From positions 1,680 to 65,679 of the forward strand of contig CALIBQ010000044.1 of NCBI GenBank assembly GCA_938049385.1: 64,000 nt of DNA, in the 5' to 3' direction. Made by a program: the position numbers and the translations under genes. The stretch comes from an uncultured Anaerolineae bacterium (lineage in GTDB: Bacteria > Chloroflexota > Anaerolineae > JACIWP01). Shown piece by piece: positions 10,038 through 19,455 of the stretch (within the stretch, counting starts at the first letter, position 1; each line of letters starts with the position of its first letter). Below the pieces are notes generated by a model. That model was given only the letters and a program-made list of their open reading frames with translations, was not told the origin of the DNA and searched no databases.

Positions 10038-12839
10038 CTAGCATGCTTCCATCTGCCCCCAGTTGGGGCCGGCCTGGCAGTCCACCTTCAGGGGCACCTT
10101 CAGCGGGTACGCGTTCTCCATAATATCCTTCACCAGGGCGGCGGCGTCACGCGTTTCCTCGGCTGGCACCTCCAGCACAAGCTCGTCGTGCACCTGGAGC
10201 AGGAGCCGACTGCGCATGCCCCGCTCTTTCAGGGTATGGTGCAGGCGGATCATGGCGATCTTGATGATGTCAGCCGCCGTGCCCTGCACCGGCATGTTGA
10301 TGGCCATGCGTTCCGCGGCAGCGCGCAGGCCGGCGGGTATCTTTTGGCCGGCCTGCAGTTCCGGGAAGTAGCGGCGCCGGCCCAACAGCGTCTCCACGTA
10401 GCCCTTCTTTGCCGCCTCTTCCTTACACCGCTCCACATATTCCTTGACCCGGGGATACTGCTGGAAGTACGCCCGGATGAAGGCCGCCGCATCCTCGTTG
10501 GACATGCCGGTCTGCTGGGCCAGGCCGTACGCCGTAACGCCGTAAATAATAGCGAAATTCGTCGTCTTGGCAATCCGGCGCATCTCCGGTGTCACTTCTT
10601 CCTTGGGCACGCGGAAGATAACGGAGGCGGTGAAGGTGTGGATGTCCTCGCCGCGCTGGAAGGCCGCTACAAGCTGGGGGTCATCGGTCATATGGGCCAG
10701 GATGCGCAGTTCGACCTGGGAATAGTCCGCCGAGAGCAGGAGCCAGCCGTCCTCGGCGACAAAGGCCTCGCGCACCCGCCGGCCGATGGGGGTGCGGATG
10801 GGGATATTCTGCAGGTTTGGGTCGCTGGAAGAAAGCCGGCCGGTGACCGTGCCGGTCTGGTTGAAGGAGGTGTGCACGCGCCCGGTCTGCGGATTGACCA
10901 GCGCCGGCAGGGTCTCGATATAGGTGGATTTGATCTTGGCGATCTGGCGGTGCTCCAGGATTTTCTCCACCACCGGGTGCGCATCGCGCAGTTTTTCCAG
11001 CACGTCGGCGGAGGTGGAATATTTGCCGGCGGTCGTCTTCTTCAGCCCCTTGGCCGAAAGCCCCAGGTGCACGAACAGGGCATCGGAGAGCTGTTGGGAG
11101 GACTGCAGGTTGAAGCGGTAGCCAACCATGCGGTATATCTCTTCCTCCAGCTCTGCCATGCGGGCGGCCAGCTCGCGGTCCAGCTCCTGGAGGACACCTA
11201 CGTCCAGCTTGATGCCGGCCATCTCCATATCAGCCAGCACCGCCACCAGCGGCATCTCCACCTCGGTGAACAGGTGCCAGAGGTTTTTCTCCTTCAGCTC
11301 CGCTTCCTGCAGGGGTTTCAGGCGCAGGAGCATGTCGGCGTCCGCCGCGGCATACGGGCCGGCCTGTTCGACGGACACATTGGCCATGCTGTCCTGGTGC
11401 TTCCCGCTCCCGATAAGGTCGGTGATGGGAGTCATCTCCATGCCCAGCCTCTGCCAGACCAGGTTCTTCAGGCCCAGGTTGCGGCTGGCCGGGTCAATCA
11501 GCCATTCGGCGATCATGGTGTCGAACAGGGGGCCTCGCACCTCCAGGCCGTGCCGGCGCAGGATGATCAGGTCGTAGATGGCGTTGTGGGCGACCATGGG
11601 AATCTGCGGGTTGGCGAGCACGGGATGAAGATGCCGGCGCACCGTTTCCATGGACAACTGCTGGCCGCGCGCATGCCCGACCGGGATGTAATAGCCCTCG
11701 CCGGCCTTGTCGGAGAAGGAAATGCCCACCAAATCCGCTTCCATGGGGCGCAGGCTGGTAGTTTCGGTGTCAAAGGCCACCGCCGGCGCTTGCTCCAGCC
11801 GCTTTGCCAGCTCCTGAAGCGCTTCTTCCTCCTGCACCACGCGATAGGTGCCGAGGGCTGGTTTGGGCGGGACGGCGGCGGCGAATTTGGCGGAAGGCAG
11901 TGCTTCTTCCGGGAAGATAGGTAACTGGGTGGGGCCGGCCGGCGCGGCTTCCACGGGTGCCGGCAGGCGGCTTACCAGCGAGCGGAACTCCAGCTCGCGG
12001 AACAGCTCCAGCACGCGCTCGCGGTCGTAGCCGGCGAAACGGCAGGCCTCCAACTGCAGGGAGATGGGGGCATCGCGCCGGATGCGCGCCAGCTCCTTGC
12101 TCAGGAAGGCCTGTTCACGGTGCTCCTCCAGTGCCTGGCGCAAGCGGGCGTTGGTGATTTCATCCAGATGCTCGTAGATGTTTTCCAGCGTGCCGTATTT
12201 CTGGAGCAGCTGGGTGGCGGTCTTCTCCCCAATACCCGGGATGCCCGGGATATTGTCCGATTTGTCGCCGATGAGGGCTTTATAATCAATGAGCTGTTGG
12301 GGGCGCAGGCCGTAGCGCTGGAGCACCGCCTTCTCGTCGTAGATGACGACATCGGAGAAGCGCCGGCCGGAGGTCATTACTCGCACCAGAGGGTCGATCA
12401 ACTGAAAGGCATCGGTATCCCCCGTCACGATGAGGGTCGGCATACCCTGTTTCTCGGCCTGGGCGCTCAGGGTGCCCAGCACATCATCGGCCTCATATCC
12501 CTCCAGGGTGAAGATCGGGATGCGGAATGCCTCCAGAAGCTGGTTGATGCGCTCAAGCTGATAGCGCATTTCGTCAGGCATGACGGCGCGGTGCGCCTTA
12601 TATTCCGGGAAGCGCTCGTGGCGGAAGGTCTTTCCGACGTCGAAGGCCACCGCGATATATGCCGGCTGAAGCTCCTGCAGGGCATTGAGGAGCATGGAGG
12701 TGAAGCCGTAGACAGCGTTGGTCAGCTCACCGCGCGAGGTGGCCAGCGTCGCCGGCAGGGCATGAAACGCGCGATAGGCCAGCGAATGCCCATCAATCAA
12801 CACCAACTGCGGACGCTTGCCTTCACCTTCCTGTGACAC
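10038..12839 (-). CDS. polA: DNA polymerase I
   Basis: 5'-3' exonuclease (LIDGHSLAYRAFHA, EADD, GDKSDNIPG), 3'-5' exonuclease (FDTETT), polymerase motifs ADYSQVELRILAH, R..AK..NF.IIYG, LQVHDEL. Confidence 0.98.
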   Translation of the reverse strand: MSQEGEGKRPQLVLIDGHSLAYRAFHALPATLATSRGELTNAVYGFTSMLLNALQELQPAYIAVAFDVGKTFRHERFPEYKAHRAVMPDEMRYQLERINQLLEAFRIPIFTLEGYEADDVLGTLSAQAEKQGMPTLIVTGDTDAFQLIDPLVRVMTSGRRFSDVVIYDEKAVLQRYGLRPQQLIDYKALIGDKSDNIPGIPGIGEKTATQLLQKYGTLENIYEHLDEITNARLRQALEEHREQAFLSKELARIRRDAPISLQLEACRFAGYDRERVLELFRELEFRSLVSRLPAPVEAAPAGPTQLPIFPEEALPSAKFAAAVPPKPALGTYRVVQEEEALQELAKRLEQAPAVAFDTETTSLRPMEADLVGISFSDKAGEGYYIPVGHARGQQLSMETVRRHLHPVLANPQIPMVAHNAIYDLIILRRHGLEVRGPLFDTMIAEWLIDPASRNLGLKNLVWQRLGMEMTPITDLIGSGKHQDSMANVSVEQAGPYAAADADMLLRLKPLQEAELKEKNLWHLFTEVEMPLVAVLADMEMAGIKLDVGVLQELDRELAARMAELEEEIYRMVGYRFNLQSSQQLSDALFVHLGLSAKGLKKTTAGKYSTSADVLEKLRDAHPVVEKILEHRQIAKIKSTYIETLPALVNPQTGRVHTSFNQTGTVTGRLSSSDPNLQNIPIRTPIGRRVREAFVAEDGWLLLSADYSQVELRILAHMTDDPQLVAAFQRGEDIHTFTASVIFRVPKEEVTPEMRRIAKTTNFAIIYGVTAYGLAQQTGMSNEDAAAFIRAYFQQYPRVKEYVERCKEEAAKKGYVETLLGRRRYFPELQAGQKIPAGLRAAAERMAINMPVQGTAADIIKIAMIRLHHTLKERGMRSRLLLQVHDELVLEVPAEETRDAAALVKDIMENAYPLKVPLKVDCQAGPNWGQMEAC

Positions 12840-12890
12840 AGTTCCCTCTCCTTCCGGGCAAAGTACTGCCCGAACGCATACACAGGCGCA

Positions 12891-13679
12891 CTATGCGAGC
12901 AAATCGGCCAGGCGTTCGGCGGCCTGGCGCATCTGATAGCGCAGAATGCCCAGCGGGGTATCGGCCCCCAGGACGCAGGCCAGGAGCCAGCCCGGGCGCA
13001 CGGTCTGCCAGTAGATGCGCCGGCGCGTCCCTTCGAGATAGCCGTGCAAGGGGCCGGCGTCCTGTGATTCTCCCAACAGGGCCATGATTTCCTGCGAATC
13101 CGCATGCAGGCGGCGCAAGAGCGGGGCGAGGGCTTCCGGCTCCACCCGTCCGACTGCTCCCGAGGCCAGCGCCACACCCATAGGGCCAACCAGCAGGACC
13201 GCTTCGGAGACCAGCTCCCGCTGAAGCTCCCCGACGACCCGGATGATGGCCTGGTCGCGCGAGGGGGCGGCCGGCGGAGGTGGGGATGCAGGAGCGGTTG
13301 GCTCGATTTCTGGCGGTTTACGCTCCATGGCCTGGCGCAGGATGGTCTGCAGGTCATCGAAGAAAAAGGGTTTGGGCAGGATGCCTTGGACCTCGATGGA
13401 GCGGAAGCTCTCGTCCAGCTCTTCCCCTTCCAGCGGGATGAGCACCAGGCGCAGGGTGGGGTAGCGCCGGCGCACCTCCCGCACGAACTCCAGCGGGCTG
13501 GTGTCCTGCAGGCCGGTGTCAATGATGACCATATCGGATGCGGCGCGCGCCAGACAGGCCCAGGCATCTTTGGCGGAGGCCGCCGCCTCCGCCGAATAGC
13601 CCAGCGCCCCGGTGATGGTCTGGCAGAGCATCTGTGCGAATGCCGGGTCGTTGTCAACGACGAGGACACGCGGTGGCAT
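12891..13679 (-). CDS. Response regulator receiver domain fused to a C-terminal Roadblock/LC7 (MglB-like) domain
   Basis: RVLVVDND..VIIDTG..LPKPF receiver; Pro-rich linker; AVLLVGPMG.ALA...WLLACVLGADTPLGILRYQMRQAAERL fits the Roadblock fold. Confidence 0.75.
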   Translation of the reverse strand: MPPRVLVVDNDPAFAQMLCQTITGALGYSAEAAASAKDAWACLARAASDMVIIDTGLQDTSPLEFVREVRRRYPTLRLVLIPLEGEELDESFRSIEVQGILPKPFFFDDLQTILRQAMERKPPEIEPTAPASPPPPAAPSRDQAIIRVVGELQRELVSEAVLLVGPMGVALASGAVGRVEPEALAPLLRRLHADSQEIMALLGESQDAGPLHGYLEGTRRRIYWQTVRPGWLLACVLGADTPLGILRYQMRQAAERLADLLA

Positions 13680-13733
13680 GCTGGATCGCTCCCCGCCGGC
13701 CGCGGCAGGTTTGGCAAGGGGCCGGCACTCCGC

Positions 13734-13762
13734 ATTATACGATTCCCGGCGGGGCTTGTCAA
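13734..13762 (-). promoter_or_regulatory. Consensus sigma70 promoter for the REC-Roadblock/polA/argS run
   Basis: TTGACA-17 bp-TATAAT. Confidence 0.75.
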
Positions 13763-13855
13763 CGCGGGGGCGATCCCCACACCGGTCCGATGATTATGCG
13801 CGCCATAACTTGGGATATTTAGATGAGCGGCGTCGGGCCTGATTAGGGGGCGCGC

Positions 13856-13884
13856 TTGACAGTGCCGGCGCCCCGTGCTATCCT
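13856..13884 (+). promoter_or_regulatory. Sigma70-type promoter
   Basis: TTGACA-17 bp-TATCCT with extended TG. Confidence 0.6.
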
Positions 13885-13922
13885 GTGGCAGACTTCATGG
13901 GTTGGAGCGGCACAGCAGGGCG

Positions 13923-15311
13923 ATGAGCACCTCCGGCGATGACTTACTGCGCATGTGCCTGGCGACGGGCATCGCTGCTGCCAAGGCTGGCGACAAATAT
14001 CAGGCGCGCCTCTATCTCGAGCGCGCCCTGCGCTTACAGCCTTCCCCCGAGGAACGGGTGCAGGCTCTGCTGTATCTCCAGCAAATTGCGGATGATCCGG
14101 TGGAGCGCCGCGCCTATCTGGAGCAAATTCTCATTTTCGACCCGGCCAATCCCACCGCGCGGCAGGAGCTGGCCATTCTGGAGGGCCGGCTCACGCGGGA
14201 ACAACTGCGGTCCCCAGACGCATCGGCAGAGTCAGAGCCGGCGCAGGGACCCGAACCAATCCCTAGTCGGCGCTTCGTCTGCAAGAACTGCGGCGGCATC
14301 ATGCGGTTCGATCCCTGGAAAGGACGTCTGCTTTGCCAGTACTGCGGCCATACCATCCTCCCTAGCGAGGCAGTGCAGGCCGGCTATGTCGTGGTGGAAG
14401 GGGATTTCCTGACCACTCTGCCGACAGAGGTGGGGCATCGCTGGCAGAAGCAATCCTATGCGGTTCGCTGTGCCGGCTGTGGCGCTACCAGCATCCTCCC
14501 CGAGGGACAGTTCAGCGCCTCCTGCCCGTTCTGCGGCTCCCCGCAGGTGGTGCACATCGAGCTGGACGCCGATGTCATCCCGCCGCACGGCATCCTGCCG
14601 TTCCGCATCTCGCAGGAGCAGGCCCTTACCGCAGTGCAGGAATGGTTGGGGTCGGGATGGTTCACGCCGGCAGACCTGCGGCGCTCTGCCCGGCTCGCTT
14701 CCATCCGGCGGGCATACCTGCCCTTCTGGGCGTTCGATTTTATCGGTACGGTCAAGTGGAATGCCCTGATGCAGAGCGGTTCCGAATGGGTACCCACTGC
14801 CGATGCCCTGTCCATTTTTGAGGAAGGTGTGCTCGTACCGGCTTCCTCTTCCGTGCCGGCCAGCCTGCTCGAGCAGGCGATGGACTTTGACCTGCATGAG
14901 CTGGAACCTTTTGCTCCTGAAAAGCTGGCCGGCTGGCCGGCAGAGCTGTATCAGGTTTCCCTAGCCGATGCCTCTATCCGGGCGCGCGAGCGCGTCGCCC
15001 ATATGGTGCGCGAGCGCATCGCCGGCCAGCTTTTCCCGGGCCAGAATATTCGCTCCCTTTCCATCAGCACCCATATGGTCAACATTGATCGTTTCCAGCA
15101 TCTTCTCCTGCCTTTTTGGCTGATGAGCTACCGCTATCGCGACGGGGTGCGGCATGTGGTGGTGAACGGGCAGACAGGCAGGGTCGCCGGCGAGCTTCCT
15201 CGCACGTATGCTCCTCTGCTCATCCTGGCCGGCCTGGCGCTGGCGGTCATCGCCGCCTTCACTGTGCTGATCTACCTCATTACTTCCTCCGGTGGAATAG
15301 GCTTCCCCTGA
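13923..15311 (+). CDS. TPR plus double zinc-ribbon protein with C-terminal membrane anchor (hypothetical)
   Basis: N-terminal TPR-like helices; CKNCG/CQYCG/CAGCG/CPFCG; P.GILPF.I, YLPFWAF, HLLLPFW..SYRY....VVNGQTG.V.GELP; one C-terminal TM. Confidence 0.8.
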   Translation: MSTSGDDLLRMCLATGIAAAKAGDKYQARLYLERALRLQPSPEERVQALLYLQQIADDPVERRAYLEQILIFDPANPTARQELAILEGRLTREQLRSPDASAESEPAQGPEPIPSRRFVCKNCGGIMRFDPWKGRLLCQYCGHTILPSEAVQAGYVVVEGDFLTTLPTEVGHRWQKQSYAVRCAGCGATSILPEGQFSASCPFCGSPQVVHIELDADVIPPHGILPFRISQEQALTAVQEWLGSGWFTPADLRRSARLASIRRAYLPFWAFDFIGTVKWNALMQSGSEWVPTADALSIFEEGVLVPASSSVPASLLEQAMDFDLHELEPFAPEKLAGWPAELYQVSLADASIRARERVAHMVRERIAGQLFPGQNIRSLSISTHMVNIDRFQHLLLPFWLMSYRYRDGVRHVVVNGQTGRVAGELPRTYAPLLILAGLALAVIAAFTVLIYLITSSGGIGFP

Positions 15312-15420
15312 TCTAAGACCCGACCCGCGACTTTCGACCTCTTGCAGGGTTATCATCTTTTGAATGTGCCGGTACCCCAGAGGCCGGCACGTCCCACATT
15401 CCATTCGCGTGGAGGATGTC

Positions 15421-16662
15421 ATGAACCGGCGGGTTGTCATCACCGGTCTGGGAGCTGTCACGGCCCTCGGGGAGGATGTGCAGAGCCTGTGGACTGCCGT
15501 GGTAGAGGGGCACAGCGGTGTGCGCCGCATCCAGTCCTTTGACCCCAGCGGATTGAAGACCCAGGTGGCGGCAGAGGTGTTGGATTTCGATCCCGCCCGC
15601 TATATGAACCGCAAGGATGTGCGCCGGCTCGACCGTTCCATCCAATTCGCGGCCAACGCCGCCGGCCAGGCGGTCGAGGATGCCGGTCTGCTGACGGATA
15701 ACCTGGACCGCACCCGGGTGGGCGTCATCATCGGGAGCGGCATCGGGGGCATCCACAGCCTGGTGAAAAGTCAGCAGATCCTCGAGACCGAGGGACCGGA
15801 CCGCATCAGCCCCTTCTTTGTGCCGGCCTGTCTGGCCGACATGAGCGCCGGCTATATCTCCATCCAGTACGGCTTCGGCGGGCCCAATATGGCTATCGTC
15901 ACCGCCTGTGCCACAGGGAACAACGCCATCGGCGAAGCGATGCGCATGATTCGCCTAGGGCTGGTGGACGTGATGATCGCTGGCGGGACGGAGGCGGCCA
16001 TCCTGCCGCTGACCGTCGCCGGCTTCGACCAGATGGGCGCGCTGGCCTGCAACTCGAACGATGTCCCGGAGCGGGCCTGCCGGCCTTTCGACCGGGACCG
16101 CGCTGGCTTTGTGCTGGGGGAGGGGGCTGGCGTGCTGGTGCTAGAGGCACTGGAGCATGCGCAGGCGCGCGGTGCCCGGGTCTACGCCGAGCTGGCCGGC
16201 TACGGCTCGACCTCCGACGCCTATCATATCGCCGCGCCGGACCCCAGCGCTCAGGGCGCTGTGCGCGCTCTGCGTCTGGCGCTGGAGGATGCCGGCCTGT
16301 CCCCCGATGACATTGATTACATCAACGCCCACGGCACCGGCACCGATCTGAATGACGCCATGGAGACGCTGGCGATCCGCCAGGCCTTTGGGCCGGCAGC
16401 CGACCGGCTGATGGTCAGCTCGACCAAGGCGGTCACAGGCCATCTGTTGGGCGCGGCCGGCGCCGTGGAAGCGGTTATCTCCGTGCTGGCGCTGTACCAC
16501 GGCATTGTGCCTCCCACCATCAACTTGGAGAACCCCGACCCCCGCTGTGACCTGGACTACGTGCCGGGAAAGGCGCGCCAGGCGGCACTGCGGGCGGTGA
16601 TCTCCAACTCCTTCGGTTTCGGGGGACATAATGCCTGCCTGGTCTTCCGGCGCCATGGCTAA
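15421..16662 (+). CDS. fabF: 3-oxoacyl-ACP synthase II
   Basis: RRVVITGLG, TACATG, GFVLGEGAG, INAHGTGT, GHLLGAAG, SNSFGFGGHN; GGAGG SD before ATG 15421. Confidence 0.96.
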   Translation: MNRRVVITGLGAVTALGEDVQSLWTAVVEGHSGVRRIQSFDPSGLKTQVAAEVLDFDPARYMNRKDVRRLDRSIQFAANAAGQAVEDAGLLTDNLDRTRVGVIIGSGIGGIHSLVKSQQILETEGPDRISPFFVPACLADMSAGYISIQYGFGGPNMAIVTACATGNNAIGEAMRMIRLGLVDVMIAGGTEAAILPLTVAGFDQMGALACNSNDVPERACRPFDRDRAGFVLGEGAGVLVLEALEHAQARGARVYAELAGYGSTSDAYHIAAPDPSAQGAVRALRLALEDAGLSPDDIDYINAHGTGTDLNDAMETLAIRQAFGPAADRLMVSSTKAVTGHLLGAAGAVEAVISVLALYHGIVPPTINLENPDPRCDLDYVPGKARQAALRAVISNSFGFGGHNACLVFRRHG

Positions 16663-16707
16663 TCTCCACTGTCTGAACATATCCATTATGACGTTGCGGA
16701 GCTGTCT

Positions 16708-17832
16708 ATGAGCCCCTATGCGCATATCGCGGGTTGGGGAATGTACGCGCCGGCCAAGGTGCTTTCGAACCAGGACCTGGAGCGCATGGTGGATACGTCC
16801 GATGAGTGGATCCGCTCGCGCACCGGCATTGCGGAGCGGCGCATCGCTGGCGAGAAGGAGTCCACCTCTACCATGGCGGTCGAAGCGGCGCGGCGTGCCC
16901 TGGCACGCGCCCATCTCTCCCCGCGCCAGCTCGATGCCATCATCGTCGCCACCATCTCGCCCGATTATCTGACCCCTGCCACGGCCTGTCTGGTGCAAGC
17001 GGCGCTGGGCGCGGATAGGGCGGCGGCGTTCGACGTCAGCGCCGGCTGTTCCGGCTTCGTATATGCGCTCCACTTGGCGCACATAGGCATCGCCGCCGGC
17101 GAATGGCGTAGCGTGCTCATCATCGGCGCGGAGACGCTTTCCCGTTTCGTGAATTGGGAGGACCGCGCTACCTGCGTGCTTTTCGGAGATGGGGCGGGGG
17201 CGTTAGTGCTGGTGGCTTCGGACCAGCCGGGCGGTGTGCTGGCCTGCGTGCTGGGGGCGGATGGTTCCGGTGCAGAACTGCTGTCCATCCCCGCCGGCGG
17301 GAGCCGCATGCCGGCCAGCCCTGAGACACTCTCTCAGCGCGCCCACACGATCCAGATGGATGGGCGGGCGGTGTACCGCTTTGCCACGCACATTATCCCG
17401 GAGGCGGTGGAGCAGGTGATGCGCAAGGCCGGCCTGCCCCTATCGGCGGTGGATATGATTATTCCGCATCAGGCCAATATCCGTATCATCGAGGCGGCGC
17501 GCAAGAAACTGCGCCTGCCGGAGGAAGCGTTCTACATCAACCTGTACCGCTACGGGAACACTTCCGGGGCATCCATCCCCATCGCGCTGTGTGAGGTTGC
17601 CGAGCATGAGCTGATCAACGATGGGAGCGTGGTGGTGCTGGTGGGGTTCGGCGCCGGCCTGACTTGGGGGGCGGCGGCAGTGCGTTGGGGTGTGCCGCTT
17701 CCTCAGCCGGCGCGCCCGTGGCATCAGCGCGTGCTGTACCTGGGCCGCGCCCTGCTGGGGCGCCTGCCGGCGTTCCTGCGCAAACTGCTGTACCGCCTGT
17801 GGCACATCCTGCCCTCGCAGCGGGATGGGTAG
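16708..17832 (+). CDS. fabH: 3-oxoacyl-ACP synthase III
   Basis: DTSDEWI..RTGI.ERR, AGCSGF, LFGDGAGA, PHQAN.RI, YGNTS.ASIP, GFGAGLTWG. Confidence 0.96.
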   Translation: MSPYAHIAGWGMYAPAKVLSNQDLERMVDTSDEWIRSRTGIAERRIAGEKESTSTMAVEAARRALARAHLSPRQLDAIIVATISPDYLTPATACLVQAALGADRAAAFDVSAGCSGFVYALHLAHIGIAAGEWRSVLIIGAETLSRFVNWEDRATCVLFGDGAGALVLVASDQPGGVLACVLGADGSGAELLSIPAGGSRMPASPETLSQRAHTIQMDGRAVYRFATHIIPEAVEQVMRKAGLPLSAVDMIIPHQANIRIIEAARKKLRLPEEAFYINLYRYGNTSGASIPIALCEVAEHELINDGSVVVLVGFGAGLTWGAAAVRWGVPLPQPARPWHQRVLYLGRALLGRLPAFLRKLLYRLWHILPSQRDG

Positions 17833-17942
17833 GGACGACCCTTGTGGTCGTCGGTAGGTCGTCGGTAGGGGCGACCCTTGTGGTCGTCCCCTATGGTTAG
17901 GGCAACCACAAGGGTTGGGGCAACCACAAGGGTTGCCCCTAC
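17829..17942. repeat. GTAG-family REP cluster (REPIN/BIME-like)
   Basis: Two forward GTAGGG(A/G)CGACCCTTGTGGTCGTC units and two inverted GGGCAACCACAAGGGTT(GCCCCTAC) units between convergent genes. Confidence 0.85.
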
Positions 17943-18796
17943 GGGTGTAACCGTCTCTCGAACAGGGACTGCTTCAGCTCGGCATAAAGGACGTAGCCGC
18001 TGGATTGGAACGCCGCCTGTGCGTCGTCCAGGCCCTCGGGGATGACGGCCTGGACGTTCTCGGAGCGGCCGACGGCCCAGGCGCGCAAGGAGCGGGCCAG
18101 CGCCGGCATCGCCTCGGCATCGCCGGCGATGAGGCCGCAGGTCACATCCCCATATTCCAGGTCCACCGAGGCGATGAGCAGGCCGTGCCACGCGCCCTCC
18201 GCCGGCCAGACCCAGACCTGTCCCGCCTGCTGGCGCTCTGCCAGACGCTCCTGCGTCAGCCGGCGCCAGACCCAGCCCTCGCAGAGCAGTCCGCCGGTCA
18301 GGCGGTGCCAATGGCTTTGCCGGATGAACTCCCAGGCGGCCGGCAGTTCGTCGGCGTCCAGCAGGCGTGCCTCGAACGTCCCGCCAGCCGGCGCCTCCCA
18401 GAGCAGGGAATCCGCCAGCCGGCGGAAGCGGTACACCTTCGCCAGGTGCTGGACAGGCGCGTTGTCGCTGGCGGTGCAGAAGCGCGCCACATGCACCCCA
18501 CTGCGCCGCACCACGAACATCTGATAGGCGAACAAGATGCTGGCCAGGCCCTGCCCCTGATACTGGGGGTGCACCCTCCCGCCTTCCAGCCAGGCCTCGC
18601 CCGGGTCAGGGAAGGACACTCGCCCCAGGCCGGCCAGTTTGCCCTCTACCTCCACGACGTAGAAATGGCCCGTGGGGTCCTGCACCCAAGCGTCGAAGAC
18701 GCGCGGCAGGTAGTCGTGCCCTTCCCAAATATCGCGGGTGAGTTCCAGCACGGCCGGCTTGTCCTCGGGGCGGGCGGGACGGATGAGCAGGGTCAT
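17939..18796 (-). CDS. GNAT family N-acetyltransferase
   Basis: IRPARPEDK...IWEGHDYLP, EAWLEGGRVHPQYQGQGLA acetyl-CoA motif. Confidence 0.88.
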   Translation of the reverse strand: MTLLIRPARPEDKPAVLELTRDIWEGHDYLPRVFDAWVQDPTGHFYVVEVEGKLAGLGRVSFPDPGEAWLEGGRVHPQYQGQGLASILFAYQMFVVRRSGVHVARFCTASDNAPVQHLAKVYRFRRLADSLLWEAPAGGTFEARLLDADELPAAWEFIRQSHWHRLTGGLLCEGWVWRRLTQERLAERQQAGQVWVWPAEGAWHGLLIASVDLEYGDVTCGLIAGDAEAMPALARSLRAWAVGRSENVQAVIPEGLDDAQAAFQSSGYVLYAELKQSLFERRLHP

Positions 18797-18799
18797 GGC

Positions 18800-19429
18800 T
18801 CACTCCTGCGCCTGGTTTGTGGGGCGTTCGCTATCCGATGGCAAGGAGGCCGGCGGCTCGCCGGCCGGCAGGAACCGGCCTTCCGCCAGCATGCGCTCCA
18901 GCAACTGCCGCGCTTCCTCCTGCTGTAAGAAGGTGGAGAGCAGGGCCTGCTTATAGCGCACGGCGCGGGCGCTCTCCTGGTACTGCTTCTCCAGCCGATC
19001 CATGAGCTTGCCGGTCAGGTCCCCGACCATATCGCGCATTTCCTCCTGCAGGCGCGCGATCTGCTCATGGAGCTGTTCGTTCTCCAGCAGGAGCGCACTG
19101 ACAGCCTCGCGCTGGCCGCGCCCGAAGAGGCTCAGCAGACCCCCCTGGCTCAGGCGGTCGCGCAAGCGCGCTACCTCTTTCTCCAAGGCCTCAATGCGCG
19201 CCTGTTTCTCGGCGACGATTTCCTCGTACTTGCGCACCAGCTCTTCTTTGTCGTGGGCGAGGGAGTCAAAGAGGCGTGAGACGGTCCCTTCCTGCTGTCG
19301 GCGCTGTTCCTCCAGAGCCTTTTCCAGCCGGCGGCGCCAGTTCCATGAGAGGAGCCAGATGACCAGACCGGCTGCCGCCGCCGTTGCCAGGAAGGTCAGC
19401 AGTACCTTCGGGTCCATGAGCACTTCCAT
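18800..19429 (-). CDS. Membrane-anchored coiled-coil protein (hypothetical)
   Basis: N-terminal TM followed by long E/K/Q/R heptads; start 19429, 19417 or 19459. Confidence 0.7.
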   Translation of the reverse strand: MEVLMDPKVLLTFLATAAAAGLVIWLLSWNWRRRLEKALEEQRRQQEGTVSRLFDSLAHDKEELVRKYEEIVAEKQARIEALEKEVARLRDRLSQGGLLSLFGRGQREAVSALLLENEQLHEQIARLQEEMRDMVGDLTGKLMDRLEKQYQESARAVRYKQALLSTFLQQEEARQLLERMLAEGRFLPAGEPPASLPSDSERPTNQAQE

Positions 19430-19455
19430 AAATTCTGCGCAATCCTTTCTGCCTG

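Noticed and set aside
17829-17942. Short repeats resembling a mini CRISPR array
   Set aside because: Units are in both orientations, spacers are short and irregular, and no cas genes are present; fits REPs.
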